In this document: piece by piece, positions 44,702 through 53,239 of the stretch
How positions within the stretch are numbered: position 1 is the first letter of the stretch
Layout: every line of letters starts with the position of its first letter
Assembly (NCBI GenBank): GCA_035541055.1
Contig: DATKNZ010000297.1
Coordinates: 46-64,045, forward strand
DNA: 64,000 nucleotides
Source: Candidatus Acidiferrum sp.
GTDB taxonomy: Bacteria; Verrucomicrobiota; Verrucomicrobiia; Limisphaerales; UBA8199
Reading direction: 5' to 3'
Translations under genes and position numbers: made by a program
Notes under the pieces: model-generated
Database searches by the model: none
The model's input: the letters and a program-made list of their open reading frames with translations, nothing else
What the model was told of the DNA's origin: nothing

Positions 44702-47039
44702 GCTCAGATGCATTCTTGTCCTCCTCTGCGCGTGGGTGCCGCTGGCAAAAGCCCAGACCAGGCTTAAGCTCTCCACCATCATCCCGGGCACCGAGCAAGT
44801 CCAGTTGGTCTATAACGGCGACTTCCAGCTCCAGGGGACCGCGAGTTCGACCAACACGCATCCCTATCCACTGGGCTGGGCTCGGCAGGCTGACATGTTT
44901 GCCGACCCTGGCGCCAACATGGTGCCCGCCGACGCGGGCGTGGTGGCGCGCGCCCTGGTCAACAACGGGGCGCCGGTCTCCAAATACCAGTGCACCATCA
45001 CATTGATGCCCGCCACCGATTACATCCTCAGCGGCTATCTTTGGAACATGGGTGACTCCGCCAACCACGTGACGACAGTCATTGACATGAACGACGCTCC
45101 TGGCGAGCCCCAGGTCACGCTGAGCTACTCCGACGCCAATGCCGACCTGGGCTACTTTGTCTATCGCAGCTTCAATACCACGAACACCGGCACGAACATC
45201 ATCTTGCGGGCTTTCTACGACAATCCAGTGGGCACAGGCGCCGCGTCCAGGTATTTCCCGGTTGGGGCGCAGTGGGATAACCTGGCTATCACGAAAGCCA
45301 GCGACTTCGTGGCCCCGGCGGCCGCCGGCTCGGGCACGAACCTCCCCCCAATCGTTCACCTCACCAGCCCGCCCGATGGCACGAACATCGTGTCTCCCGG
45401 CGCGCCCGTCACCCTCCAACTCACTGCCTCCGCGTCCGATCCCGATGGCAGTGTGACCAATGTGGCCTTTTATGCCGGCGTGACCAGGCTGGGGCAGGTC
45501 ACCACCAGTCCCTACACCCTTTCCTGGACGATTCCGGCTTCCGGCTCCTACCAACTGACGGTCGTCGCGACGGATAACCAGGGCGCGGCAACTGTCTCCG
45601 CGCCCGTAATGGTTTCGGCCGCGATCCCCGCCATTCCGTCCGTCCCGGCTCTGCGCATCCTGCCCTCGGATACGAACCTGACCATCTATTGGCCGACCTT
45701 TTTCACTGCCTTCTCTCTGCAGTGCGCCACCAACCTGGCGGCGCCCGACTGGCAGATCGTGACGAATGTTCCCGCGGTGGTCGGCGATCAATTCACCGTC
45801 ACCCTCCCCCCCGCTTCCGTGCAGCGTTATTTTGCCCTCGGCACGGCGGTGGACCCCAGCACCCTGACGGGCAAGATGCTCATGGGTTACCAGGGCTGGT
45901 TTGCCTGCCCGGGAGACGGCTCCCCTATGAACAAATGGGAGCATTGGTTCGCCAACCAGACCCCCACGATTCCCAATCTCACGGTGGACTTCTGGCCCGA
46001 CGTGTCGGAACTGGACCCCGACGAGCTGTTCCCGACCAGCCTGAGCCTGGCCAACGGCAACACCGCGATGGTGTATTCGCCGTGGAACCCCAAGACGGTC
46101 CTCCGCCATTTCAAGTGGATGAAGGACAACAACCTGGATGGGGTCTTCCTCCAGCGCTTCACTTCCGAGCTGAGCACGCCGTCAAACTTCGCCTGGCGCA
46201 ACGGCGTGGCCAGCAACGTCTGGGCCGCCGCGGAGACCTATGGCCGCGTCTTCGGCATCATGTACGACATCTCCGGCCAGAACGAGTCCACCCTCCTCCG
46301 CACGCTCACCAACGACTGGATCTACCTGACCGGCACCATGCACATCACCAATAGCCCGCGCTACATCCATCACCGCGGCAAGCCCCTGGTGACCATCTGG
46401 GGCTTCGGCTTCACCTCGCGCACCAACACGCCGAGCGAGGCGCAGGCGGCCATCGCGTTCTTCAAGGCGGCCGGCTGCACCGTCATGGGCGGCGTGCCGA
46501 CGTACTGGCGGACCCTGAACAGCGATTCGCAGACCGATCCCGCCTGGGCAGCGGCCTATCGCTCCTTCGACATCATCAGCCCCTGGTCGGTCACCCGCTT
46601 CAACAGCATCTCCGGCGCCGACACCTTCAAGACCAACCTCATCGTGCCCGACCTGGCGGACTGCACCTCGCGTGGCATTGACTACATGCCGGTGCTCTTT
46701 CCCGGCTTTTCATGGTACAACCTGGAAGACGGCACCTATCCCCTGAACCAGATCCCCCGCCTGGGCGGCACTTTCTACTGGCGCCAGGCCTACAATGCCA
46801 TCTCCGCCCACTGTACCATGCTCTACGGCGCCATGTTCGATGAGATGAACGAGGGCACCGCCATGCTCAAAATGGTCCCGAACGCCGCGAACCTGCCTTT
46901 GGGCGCCTCCCTGGTCCCGCTGAACATTGACGGCTCTTCCAACCTCACGAGCGATTGGTACCTACGCCTGGCCGACCACGCATCCCGCATGCTCCGCGGC
47001 GAAATCCCGCTCCAGTCCCAAATACCGATTACCCCGTAG
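44700..47039 (+). CDS. Secreted CBM-like + Ig-like + GH99-like protein (paralog 2)
   Basis: Same architecture as 41104-43467, roughly 65-70% identical by eye in the C-terminal domain (…[17 protein letters not shown]…[11 protein letters not shown]…MFDEMNEGT). ATG at 44700 ([19 protein letters not shown]). Confidence 0.55.
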   Translation: MLRCILVLLCAWVPLAKAQTRLKLSTIIPGTEQVQLVYNGDFQLQGTASSTNTHPYPLGWARQADMFADPGANMVPADAGVVARALVNNGAPVSKYQCTITLMPATDYILSGYLWNMGDSANHVTTVIDMNDAPGEPQVTLSYSDANADLGYFVYRSFNTTNTGTNIILRAFYDNPVGTGAASRYFPVGAQWDNLAITKASDFVAPAAAGSGTNLPPIVHLTSPPDGTNIVSPGAPVTLQLTASASDPDGSVTNVAFYAGVTRLGQVTTSPYTLSWTIPASGSYQLTVVATDNQGAATVSAPVMVSAAIPAIPSVPALRILPSDTNLTIYWPTFFTAFSLQCATNLAAPDWQIVTNVPAVVGDQFTVTLPPASVQRYFALGTAVDPSTLTGKMLMGYQGWFACPGDGSPMNKWEHWFANQTPTIPNLTVDFWPDVSELDPDELFPTSLSLANGNTAMVYSPWNPKTVLRHFKWMKDNNLDGVFLQRFTSELSTPSNFAWRNGVASNVWAAAETYGRVFGIMYDISGQNESTLLRTLTNDWIYLTGTMHITNSPRYIHHRGKPLVTIWGFGFTSRTNTPSEAQAAIAFFKAAGCTVMGGVPTYWRTLNSDSQTDPAWAAAYRSFDIISPWSVTRFNSISGADTFKTNLIVPDLADCTSRGIDYMPVLFPGFSWYNLEDGTYPLNQIPRLGGTFYWRQAYNAISAHCTMLYGAMFDEMNEGTAMLKMVPNAANLPLGASLVPLNIDGSSNLTSDWYLRLADHASRMLRGEIPLQSQIPITP

Positions 47040-48111
47040 CCGCCGGAACGTTTCTCTTGGCCAGGATGGCTTCCACAATCTTCTTGCCTAGCTCCGGCTC
47101 CTCGATCAGCGCCTTCTGGGCCGCTTCTTTGCCTTGCCCGATGAGCTGGCCCTGGAACTGCAGCCATGCGCCCTTCTTTTCCACGACTTCGTTGTCAAGG
47201 CCCACATCCAGGATGCTGCCCTCGCGGTTGATGCCGTGATTGTAGATGATGTCGAACTCCGCCTCGGCAAAGGGCGGGGCGACCTTGTTCTTCACGATCT
47301 TGACCTTCACGTGGTTGCCGATGGCATTGCCGGCGGCGTCCTTGAGGGTGTCCTTGCGCCGGATGTCAATGCGCACGCTGGCATAGAACTTCAGGGCCTT
47401 GCCGCCGGGGGTGGTCTCGGGGTTGCCGAACATGACGCCCACCTTCTCGCGCATCTGGTTGGTGAAGACGCAGGTGGTTTTGGCCTTGGCGAGGAGCGCC
47501 GTAAGCTTGCGCAGGGCCTGGCTCATCAGCCGCGCCTGCATGCCCATTGTGGCCATGCCCATCTCCCCTTCCAGCTCCGCCCTGGGCACCAGCGCCGCGA
47601 CGGAATCAATGACGATCACGTCCAGCGCGTTGGAGCGCGCAAGGGTCTCACAGATGGACAGGGCTTCTTCGCCGCTGTCGGGCTGCGAGACGAGCAGGTC
47701 ATCCAGGTTCACGCCCAGGCGCTTGGCGTAAGCCGGGTCCAGGGCGTGCTCGGCGTCAATGAAAGCCGCCAGGCCGCCGGCTTTCTGGGCGCTGGCGATG
47801 ACGTGCAGCATGACAGTCGTTTTGCCCGAAGATTCCGGGCCAAAAATTTCCACCACCCTGCCGCGCGGGATGCCGCCCACGCCGAGCGCCAGGTCCATTG
47901 CCAGCGCGCCCGTCGGGATGACCTCGATCTGCCGCAGCGCGCGCGCGTCGCCCAGGCGCATGATGCTGCCGTCGCCATAGGCCTTGGTGATGGCGGAAAT
48001 GGCGGCATCCAAGTCGCGCTGCCGGGCGGCCGCGGCTTTGGCAACTTCGGCGGGCTTCGTGTCGGCGGCGGGGGCTTTCTCGGGAGATCGTTCAACAGTT
48101 TTAGGAGGCAT
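47029..48111 (-). CDS. recA: Recombinase A
   Basis: [40 protein letters not shown]. About 25-aa N-terminal extension. Confidence 0.95.
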   Translation of the reverse strand: MPPKTVERSPEKAPAADTKPAEVAKAAAARQRDLDAAISAITKAYGDGSIMRLGDARALRQIEVIPTGALAMDLALGVGGIPRGRVVEIFGPESSGKTTVMLHVIASAQKAGGLAAFIDAEHALDPAYAKRLGVNLDDLLVSQPDSGEEALSICETLARSNALDVIVIDSVAALVPRAELEGEMGMATMGMQARLMSQALRKLTALLAKAKTTCVFTNQMREKVGVMFGNPETTPGGKALKFYASVRIDIRRKDTLKDAAGNAIGNHVKVKIVKNKVAPPFAEAEFDIIYNHGINREGSILDVGLDNEVVEKKGAWLQFQGQLIGQGKEAAQKALIEEPELGKKIVEAILAKRNVPAATG

Positions 48112-48218
48112 AGTCGTGTATAGTCAGGTTTGGGACCTTATTTGCAAACGCAGGCATGTTGCGCAATCGCCGTCCGCACGTCAATCCGTCTCTGCCAGCA
48201 CCGGGAATTCTTCCAAGC

Positions 48219-50240
48219 TCAGTTCCAGCTTGCAGGGGGATGCGCCGGGATGTGCAGGACACTGCGGAGCGATTTGGGTGGCAGAATGACCGTCGCGCCA
48301 TGCACACGATTGGTGCGGGCCTCGGAATTGGAGTTGTACAGAAGGACTTCCCCGTTAGCCAGCAGAGTGGCATAAACCCCGTCAAAGCCGGTGTCCACCT
48401 CGGTGGCGTCGGCCTTCGTAGCGTCCAGCCTGGAGAGATTGTAGGCGGTATCGCGCACGAGTTCGTTAAAACTCGCTTGATCAAGGTCAGCAGCGGCAAT
48501 CACCCAGCCCTTGCCGTGGGGAACGCCCCAAATTGCCGGTCGCTTCTCCACGCCGCCCAGTACCACCGTGCCTGGGTGGAGATCGCTGACCGTTGCGCCC
48601 GCCCGGCTGCCGGCATGCAGGTTCAAGTGACGCAGGAAGGCCGCATTCTGGATTTCGAGCGCCCCGCCCGCCTGCCAGGAACTGCGTGGAGTCAGTCCGA
48701 GCAGGGCGGAACTCAACTTGGTCACCCCTTCAACGGTCTGCGGCACTTCCTTGCCCCACCAAACGAGCACACCGCCTTTTCTGATCCAACCTGCCAGGAC
48801 TGTCAACGTGCGCTCCTCGACGCAGTTGCCCTCGACCCAAACGAGCACCCGGTAGAGCTTGAGCGCATCATCCGCAACCAGTTCTTCGTCCACGACGTCG
48901 AAATCCATTACGTCACGCAGCCGCGCTCCTACGGCTTCCAGCAGGGGCGGGAAGCCATTCGTCAAGGACAGGCGATGAGCCGTCGTCGGAAAGAACAGGG
49001 CGGCATCCACCACAGGCTTTTCGCGCGTCAGGTAATTCGCGTATTCGCGGAACACGTTGGCGGCGCTGACCGGGTTTTGTCCCCAGTCCCAGAACCCATA
49101 GTTGCCGCACGACACGGCCTCCATGATCCGGCTCACTTCGCCTTCGGGCGTTATCGCGCCTGGGGGCTCAAGCCAGTGCGGCACGCCGTACACCTTGCAG
49201 GGGGTCGCAATGCGCTTGATCATCGCGGCATAGCCTTGCGGAAAGGGCGCGTAGCCGCCGTGAGTCGAGCGGATATGGACGCCGTACTGCCGGGCGATTT
49301 TCGGGAGCGCTGTCGTGTCCTGGCCGTACATCAGGTTCTCGCTGCCGCCGCCGACCGGCAGTTCGAGCAGCGCCTCCGGGAAGTAGTGGCGGGCAATCCG
49401 GCAGACCTCGCCGGTGAACCTCGTCATGCTCCCGCAATACCACTCCATGAAATCCAGCCAGTAGCGGCGTCCCTGCGAGGTGCCGGGAATTCTGACCGTA
49501 GGGTCGGATGCCGCCGGAGGATAAGTCACCTGCTCGAATTGAGCGAACTGCGTCCCCCAGGTCGAATTGAGCCTGTGCAGGGTGCGGTACTTGCTGCGGG
49601 CGAATCGTCGAAAGGCCGCCCGTGCAAAGACGTCGCCGCACCAGAAGTCGGGCAGCGCCGTGCCGTTCTTGCCAAACCTCTTTGGCTCGTCAGGATGCCA
49701 GCCCATGGGGAAGATCGTCTCGCCGAAATCGCCGTGGATGCCCAGGTAAATGGCATACAGCTTGTTAGTGCCGTGGCCGTAGTGTTGGGCGAGCGCCGCA
49801 TAGCCGTGGTCGAACCAGGGCACAATGTCAGGACTCCAAATCGAGATCGCCGCGAGCCGGCGCTTCGAGCGCAACCCGACGGAAGGCACGAACCTGTCGG
49901 TGTTCTGATACCATTCGGGTGCCCAGTGGAAATGCGGAAAATACTGCCACTTCATTCCCGCCTGTTGCATCGCCGCCAGGCCCGCATCCGCGTTGGTCCA
50001 ATCCCAGCGGCCTGGCGCAGGCTCGTTTACGGTCAAATGGTCCGAATCGGTTTGGGCGTGGGAGAACCCGAGCGACTTAACCAGGAGATTGTTCTGCTCG
50101 CTCATGACGCTGGTGCCGAGCAACATCGGCGGCCCTGGCTTGCCGGCGCGTGGCGCGGGAACTGGCAAGCCCGAGTCACGGCCCGGCGCGTCGGCGGCGA
50201 AGGCTAACGTAATCCCAACTATGAGGCGAAGGACATACAT
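48219..50240 (-). CDS. Secreted putative glycoside hydrolase (GH42/GH14-like TIM barrel; family uncertain)
   Basis: Signal-like MYVLRLIVGITLAFAADA. Trp-rich sequence (WDWTNADAGL..., HFHWAPEWY, YLGIHGDFGE). The family call is weak. Confidence 0.4.
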   Translation of the reverse strand: MYVLRLIVGITLAFAADAPGRDSGLPVPAPRAGKPGPPMLLGTSVMSEQNNLLVKSLGFSHAQTDSDHLTVNEPAPGRWDWTNADAGLAAMQQAGMKWQYFPHFHWAPEWYQNTDRFVPSVGLRSKRRLAAISIWSPDIVPWFDHGYAALAQHYGHGTNKLYAIYLGIHGDFGETIFPMGWHPDEPKRFGKNGTALPDFWCGDVFARAAFRRFARSKYRTLHRLNSTWGTQFAQFEQVTYPPAASDPTVRIPGTSQGRRYWLDFMEWYCGSMTRFTGEVCRIARHYFPEALLELPVGGGSENLMYGQDTTALPKIARQYGVHIRSTHGGYAPFPQGYAAMIKRIATPCKVYGVPHWLEPPGAITPEGEVSRIMEAVSCGNYGFWDWGQNPVSAANVFREYANYLTREKPVVDAALFFPTTAHRLSLTNGFPPLLEAVGARLRDVMDFDVVDEELVADDALKLYRVLVWVEGNCVEERTLTVLAGWIRKGGVLVWWGKEVPQTVEGVTKLSSALLGLTPRSSWQAGGALEIQNAAFLRHLNLHAGSRAGATVSDLHPGTVVLGGVEKRPAIWGVPHGKGWVIAAADLDQASFNELVRDTAYNLSRLDATKADATEVDTGFDGVYATLLANGEVLLYNSNSEARTNRVHGATVILPPKSLRSVLHIPAHPPASWN

Positions 50241-50285
50241 TGGGGCACTAGTTGGTTGGCGATAGACCCCCAAGGCTAGCCGGCT

Positions 50286-50609
50286 TCACGCCAACCATAG
50301 AAAATACCAATGCCTGGGCTTCTTTGGCTTGGCCGGAAACTCCGGGGTTTCTGACGTTGCTGGCGTCTGCTCGGCGCTCTCGACTGACACGGCCCGGACT
50401 TTGAGCACGCGGCTTTGCGCGATCACATCCTTCCCGCCCGTGTTGTCCGTGAAGTGATAACTTGTCCCTTTGAGCTTAGGCTTGTCGAGGCAGAGTATCT
50501 GGTCCCCGTTACGAAGGGTGATGAGATACTGGTGCGCACAGCCACACAGGACGACCAGGCCAACCAGCATGAAAGCCAGCTTCAATTTGGGCTTAATTAA
50601 ATTCAGCAT
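50286..50609 (-). CDS. YgdI/YgdR-like small lipoprotein (DUF903)
   Basis: Lipobox LVVLCGC followed by YLITLRNGDQILCLDKPKLKGTSYHFTD..G....I. Confidence 0.6.
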   Translation of the reverse strand: MLNLIKPKLKLAFMLVGLVVLCGCAHQYLITLRNGDQILCLDKPKLKGTSYHFTDNTGGKDVIAQSRVLKVRAVSVESAEQTPATSETPEFPAKPKKPRHWYFLWLA

Positions 50610-50754
50610 AACGCTTCGAGGGAGCGTCGGGCTCATGCCTTTGAGCGCCACCAACGCCAGATCCCGCGGCGCAATCTATGCGGAAGGCATGGCTAGAACC
50701 AACTAAAACATCGAGCTATGCCTTGTGCCCGCCCTCCCAAATCGCAATAGTCGG

Positions 50755-52155
50755 ATGGTGAACAAACGCGAGATGCGGACCTTCAGTCTGAAGGCCGGGC
50801 TGCTGTGGTTGAGCCTTGCGGCATTCTGCGTTTCGCCTCCTCGAATCTCTGGCGCCACGCCGCCTCCTCCGAACGTTCTCATTATCCTCACAGATGACCA
50901 GGGGCGAGGCGATTATAGCGCGTTCGGCACAAGGGATATCCGCACCCCAAACATGGACCGGCTGTTCCGCGAAGGCATGACCTTCCAGAACTTCTTCGCC
51001 AACAGTTGCGTCTGCTCGCCGTCACGAGCGGCGCTGTTGACCGGCTGCTACCCGGATCGCGTCGGCGTGCCGGGCGTGATACGGGAGGAGACGCCGGACG
51101 ATTCCTGGGGCTATTTGCTGCCGAGCGCAAAGCTGCTGCCGCAAGTGCTCAGGCAGGCCGGTTGCCACACCGCGATCATTGGCAAGTGGCATCTGGGCAT
51201 CGGGTCGCCCAATACGCCGACCGAACGTGGCTTTGAGCTCTTTGAGGGCTTCCTGGGCGACATGATGGACGATTATTGGACTCATCGCCGGCACGGCCTC
51301 AACCTCATGCGGCACAACCAGGAAGTGATCGATCCACCGGGGCACGCCACCGATGTCTTCACAGGCTGGGCGTGTGAGTACCTCGAGGAGCGGGCCAAAA
51401 CCGGCCAGCCATTCCTGCTCTACCTGGCTTATAACGCTCCGCATGATCCGATTCAACCGCCACCCGAGTGGCTGGAGGCGGTCAAGCAGCGCGAGCCGGG
51501 CATCTCGGAGAAGCGCGCCAAACTGGTCGCCCTGATCGAGCACTTGGATTCCGGCATAGGCAAGGTGCTCCAGACGCTGGACCGCACGGGCCTGGCCACC
51601 AATACGCTCGTCATTTTCACATCCGACAACGGTGGCGTTCTGGCCAACGGCGCGAACAACGGCCCGTGGCGCGGAGGCAAGCAGCACATGTACGAGGGCG
51701 GGTTGCGGGTACCCGGAGCGGCCCGCTATCCGGGTAAAATCCCGCCCGGCAGCAGCACGGAACGCCTGACCCTAACCATGGACATCTTCGCAACGGTCTG
51801 TGAGGCACTGAATATGCCTCCACCTGCGGAAGTGGACAGCGTGAGCTTCTGGCCGACGCTCCTCGGCCAGCCTGGGCCCGAACCCAAACGCGACCTGTAC
51901 TTCGTGCGCCGCGAGGGCGGAGCCGCCTACGGTGGAAAGACGATCGAGGCGTATCGGCGCGGCGATTGGAAACTGCTCCAGGACAGCCCCTTCGCCCCCT
52001 TGGAGCTGTTCGATCTCAAATCAGATCCGCAAGAAGCGACCAACCTGGCCACGACGGAGCGGAGGGTTTTTAACCAACTTGAAGCCGGGTTGCGCCAACA
52101 GATTCAGCGCGGCGGGCAAGTCCCCTGGCAGCCGCCGCAGCCGAGGACGCCGTGA
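50755..52155 (+). CDS. Formylglycine-dependent sulfatase (arylsulfatase family)
   Basis: VLIILTDDQGRGD, CVCSPSRAALLTGCYP (C-x-P-x-R), GKWHLG, FTSDNG. Confidence 0.9.
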   Translation: MVNKREMRTFSLKAGLLWLSLAAFCVSPPRISGATPPPPNVLIILTDDQGRGDYSAFGTRDIRTPNMDRLFREGMTFQNFFANSCVCSPSRAALLTGCYPDRVGVPGVIREETPDDSWGYLLPSAKLLPQVLRQAGCHTAIIGKWHLGIGSPNTPTERGFELFEGFLGDMMDDYWTHRRHGLNLMRHNQEVIDPPGHATDVFTGWACEYLEERAKTGQPFLLYLAYNAPHDPIQPPPEWLEAVKQREPGISEKRAKLVALIEHLDSGIGKVLQTLDRTGLATNTLVIFTSDNGGVLANGANNGPWRGGKQHMYEGGLRVPGAARYPGKIPPGSSTERLTLTMDIFATVCEALNMPPPAEVDSVSFWPTLLGQPGPEPKRDLYFVRREGGAAYGGKTIEAYRRGDWKLLQDSPFAPLELFDLKSDPQEATNLATTERRVFNQLEAGLRQQIQRGGQVPWQPPQPRTP

Positions 52156-52165
52156 GAATCCGAGC

Positions 52166-53236
52166 CTACTTCCATTCCTTTAGCACGTCCACCAATGGCG
52201 GCCACTCGGCCAGGGCGGGAATCCTGACCGCACCCCAGGTTGTGCATAGATAGCCGACCACCTGGGGGCTTTGCTGCTGGCGGGAGTAATTGCTCAGCGC
52301 TTGAGCGGCGCTCAACGATTTCCAGCCTGCGGGCCAAACTCGAAACCCCTTCCCCACCAGAAAGGGCACGGAAGGATAGTTGGTCCGCAGCTCGTAGTGC
52401 CAGTCGCACAGGACGATGTCTTTGGGGATCAGGTCCACCGCTCCCGCCGTTCCGTTCCGGGCGGATTCCCACTCCCCGTAGCCCATCGCCTTGTCGTCCA
52501 GCAGGCGGTCGGCCCAGAGAAACATCTCCCAGTGCCGCTCGTCCACGACGTGGTGGTGAAAGTCGTTGACCGCCTTCGCAAAGAGCTTCGCCGGATCGTG
52601 CCCCTTGCAGCGCGGGCAATACTCCGAGCCGATGATGAAGACCTCGTCCATCCCCGCATGGAAGGCGGACGCTTCAAAGGCCGTCACTAGTTCGTCCACC
52701 AGCGCAAACACCACTCTATTAACCTGCGGGTTTTGTGGGCACCAGCTCCGGCAGTAGATGTTCGTGTTGTTCGGATATCGGCCAGGTGTTTCATCGAACT
52801 CTGGATATTTAGCCAGCAGAGCCGCCGTCGTCTTGCTCCAGGACTGGTGGCCCAGGCAGTTGATTTGGGGAATGAGGCGGATGCCCAGCCGACGCGCCTC
52901 GGCGGCGATTTCGTGCGCACGGGCCTGCGTGACGCAGCCGCGCGAGCTGAGTTCAGGATGGGACTTGAACTCGAAGTTGTAATCGGTCTCCAGCACGAGG
53001 GCGTTCACACCTGCGGCGGCGAGCTTCGGGAGTTGCTCCTGGAGCGCGGCCGCCTGGGCGTCGCTGCCCAGGAGCAGGTGAACGCCCCGCAGAGCCGTCT
53101 TCTGCCCTTGCGCCTTCGTCCTGCCAGCCTGCGAGGGTTTAGAGCCGACACTGCCGGTGCGGCAGCTCGTTGCCACGGCGAGAAAGATGATGAGCCAGAA
53201 TTGCAGAGGCGGTTTCATGCTTGATCGGGAGAGCAT
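52166..53236 (-). CDS. Secreted GH20-like (beta-hexosaminidase-type catalytic domain) protein
   Basis: Signal-like N-terminus. RGVHLLL, NALVLETDYNFEF, QINCLGHQ, FHAGMDEVF (D-E catalytic pair context). Confidence 0.55.
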   Translation of the reverse strand: MLSRSSMKPPLQFWLIIFLAVATSCRTGSVGSKPSQAGRTKAQGQKTALRGVHLLLGSDAQAAALQEQLPKLAAAGVNALVLETDYNFEFKSHPELSSRGCVTQARAHEIAAEARRLGIRLIPQINCLGHQSWSKTTAALLAKYPEFDETPGRYPNNTNIYCRSWCPQNPQVNRVVFALVDELVTAFEASAFHAGMDEVFIIGSEYCPRCKGHDPAKLFAKAVNDFHHHVVDERHWEMFLWADRLLDDKAMGYGEWESARNGTAGAVDLIPKDIVLCDWHYELRTNYPSVPFLVGKGFRVWPAGWKSLSAAQALSNYSRQQQSPQVVGYLCTTWGAVRIPALAEWPPLVDVLKEWK

Positions 53237-53239
53237 CAG

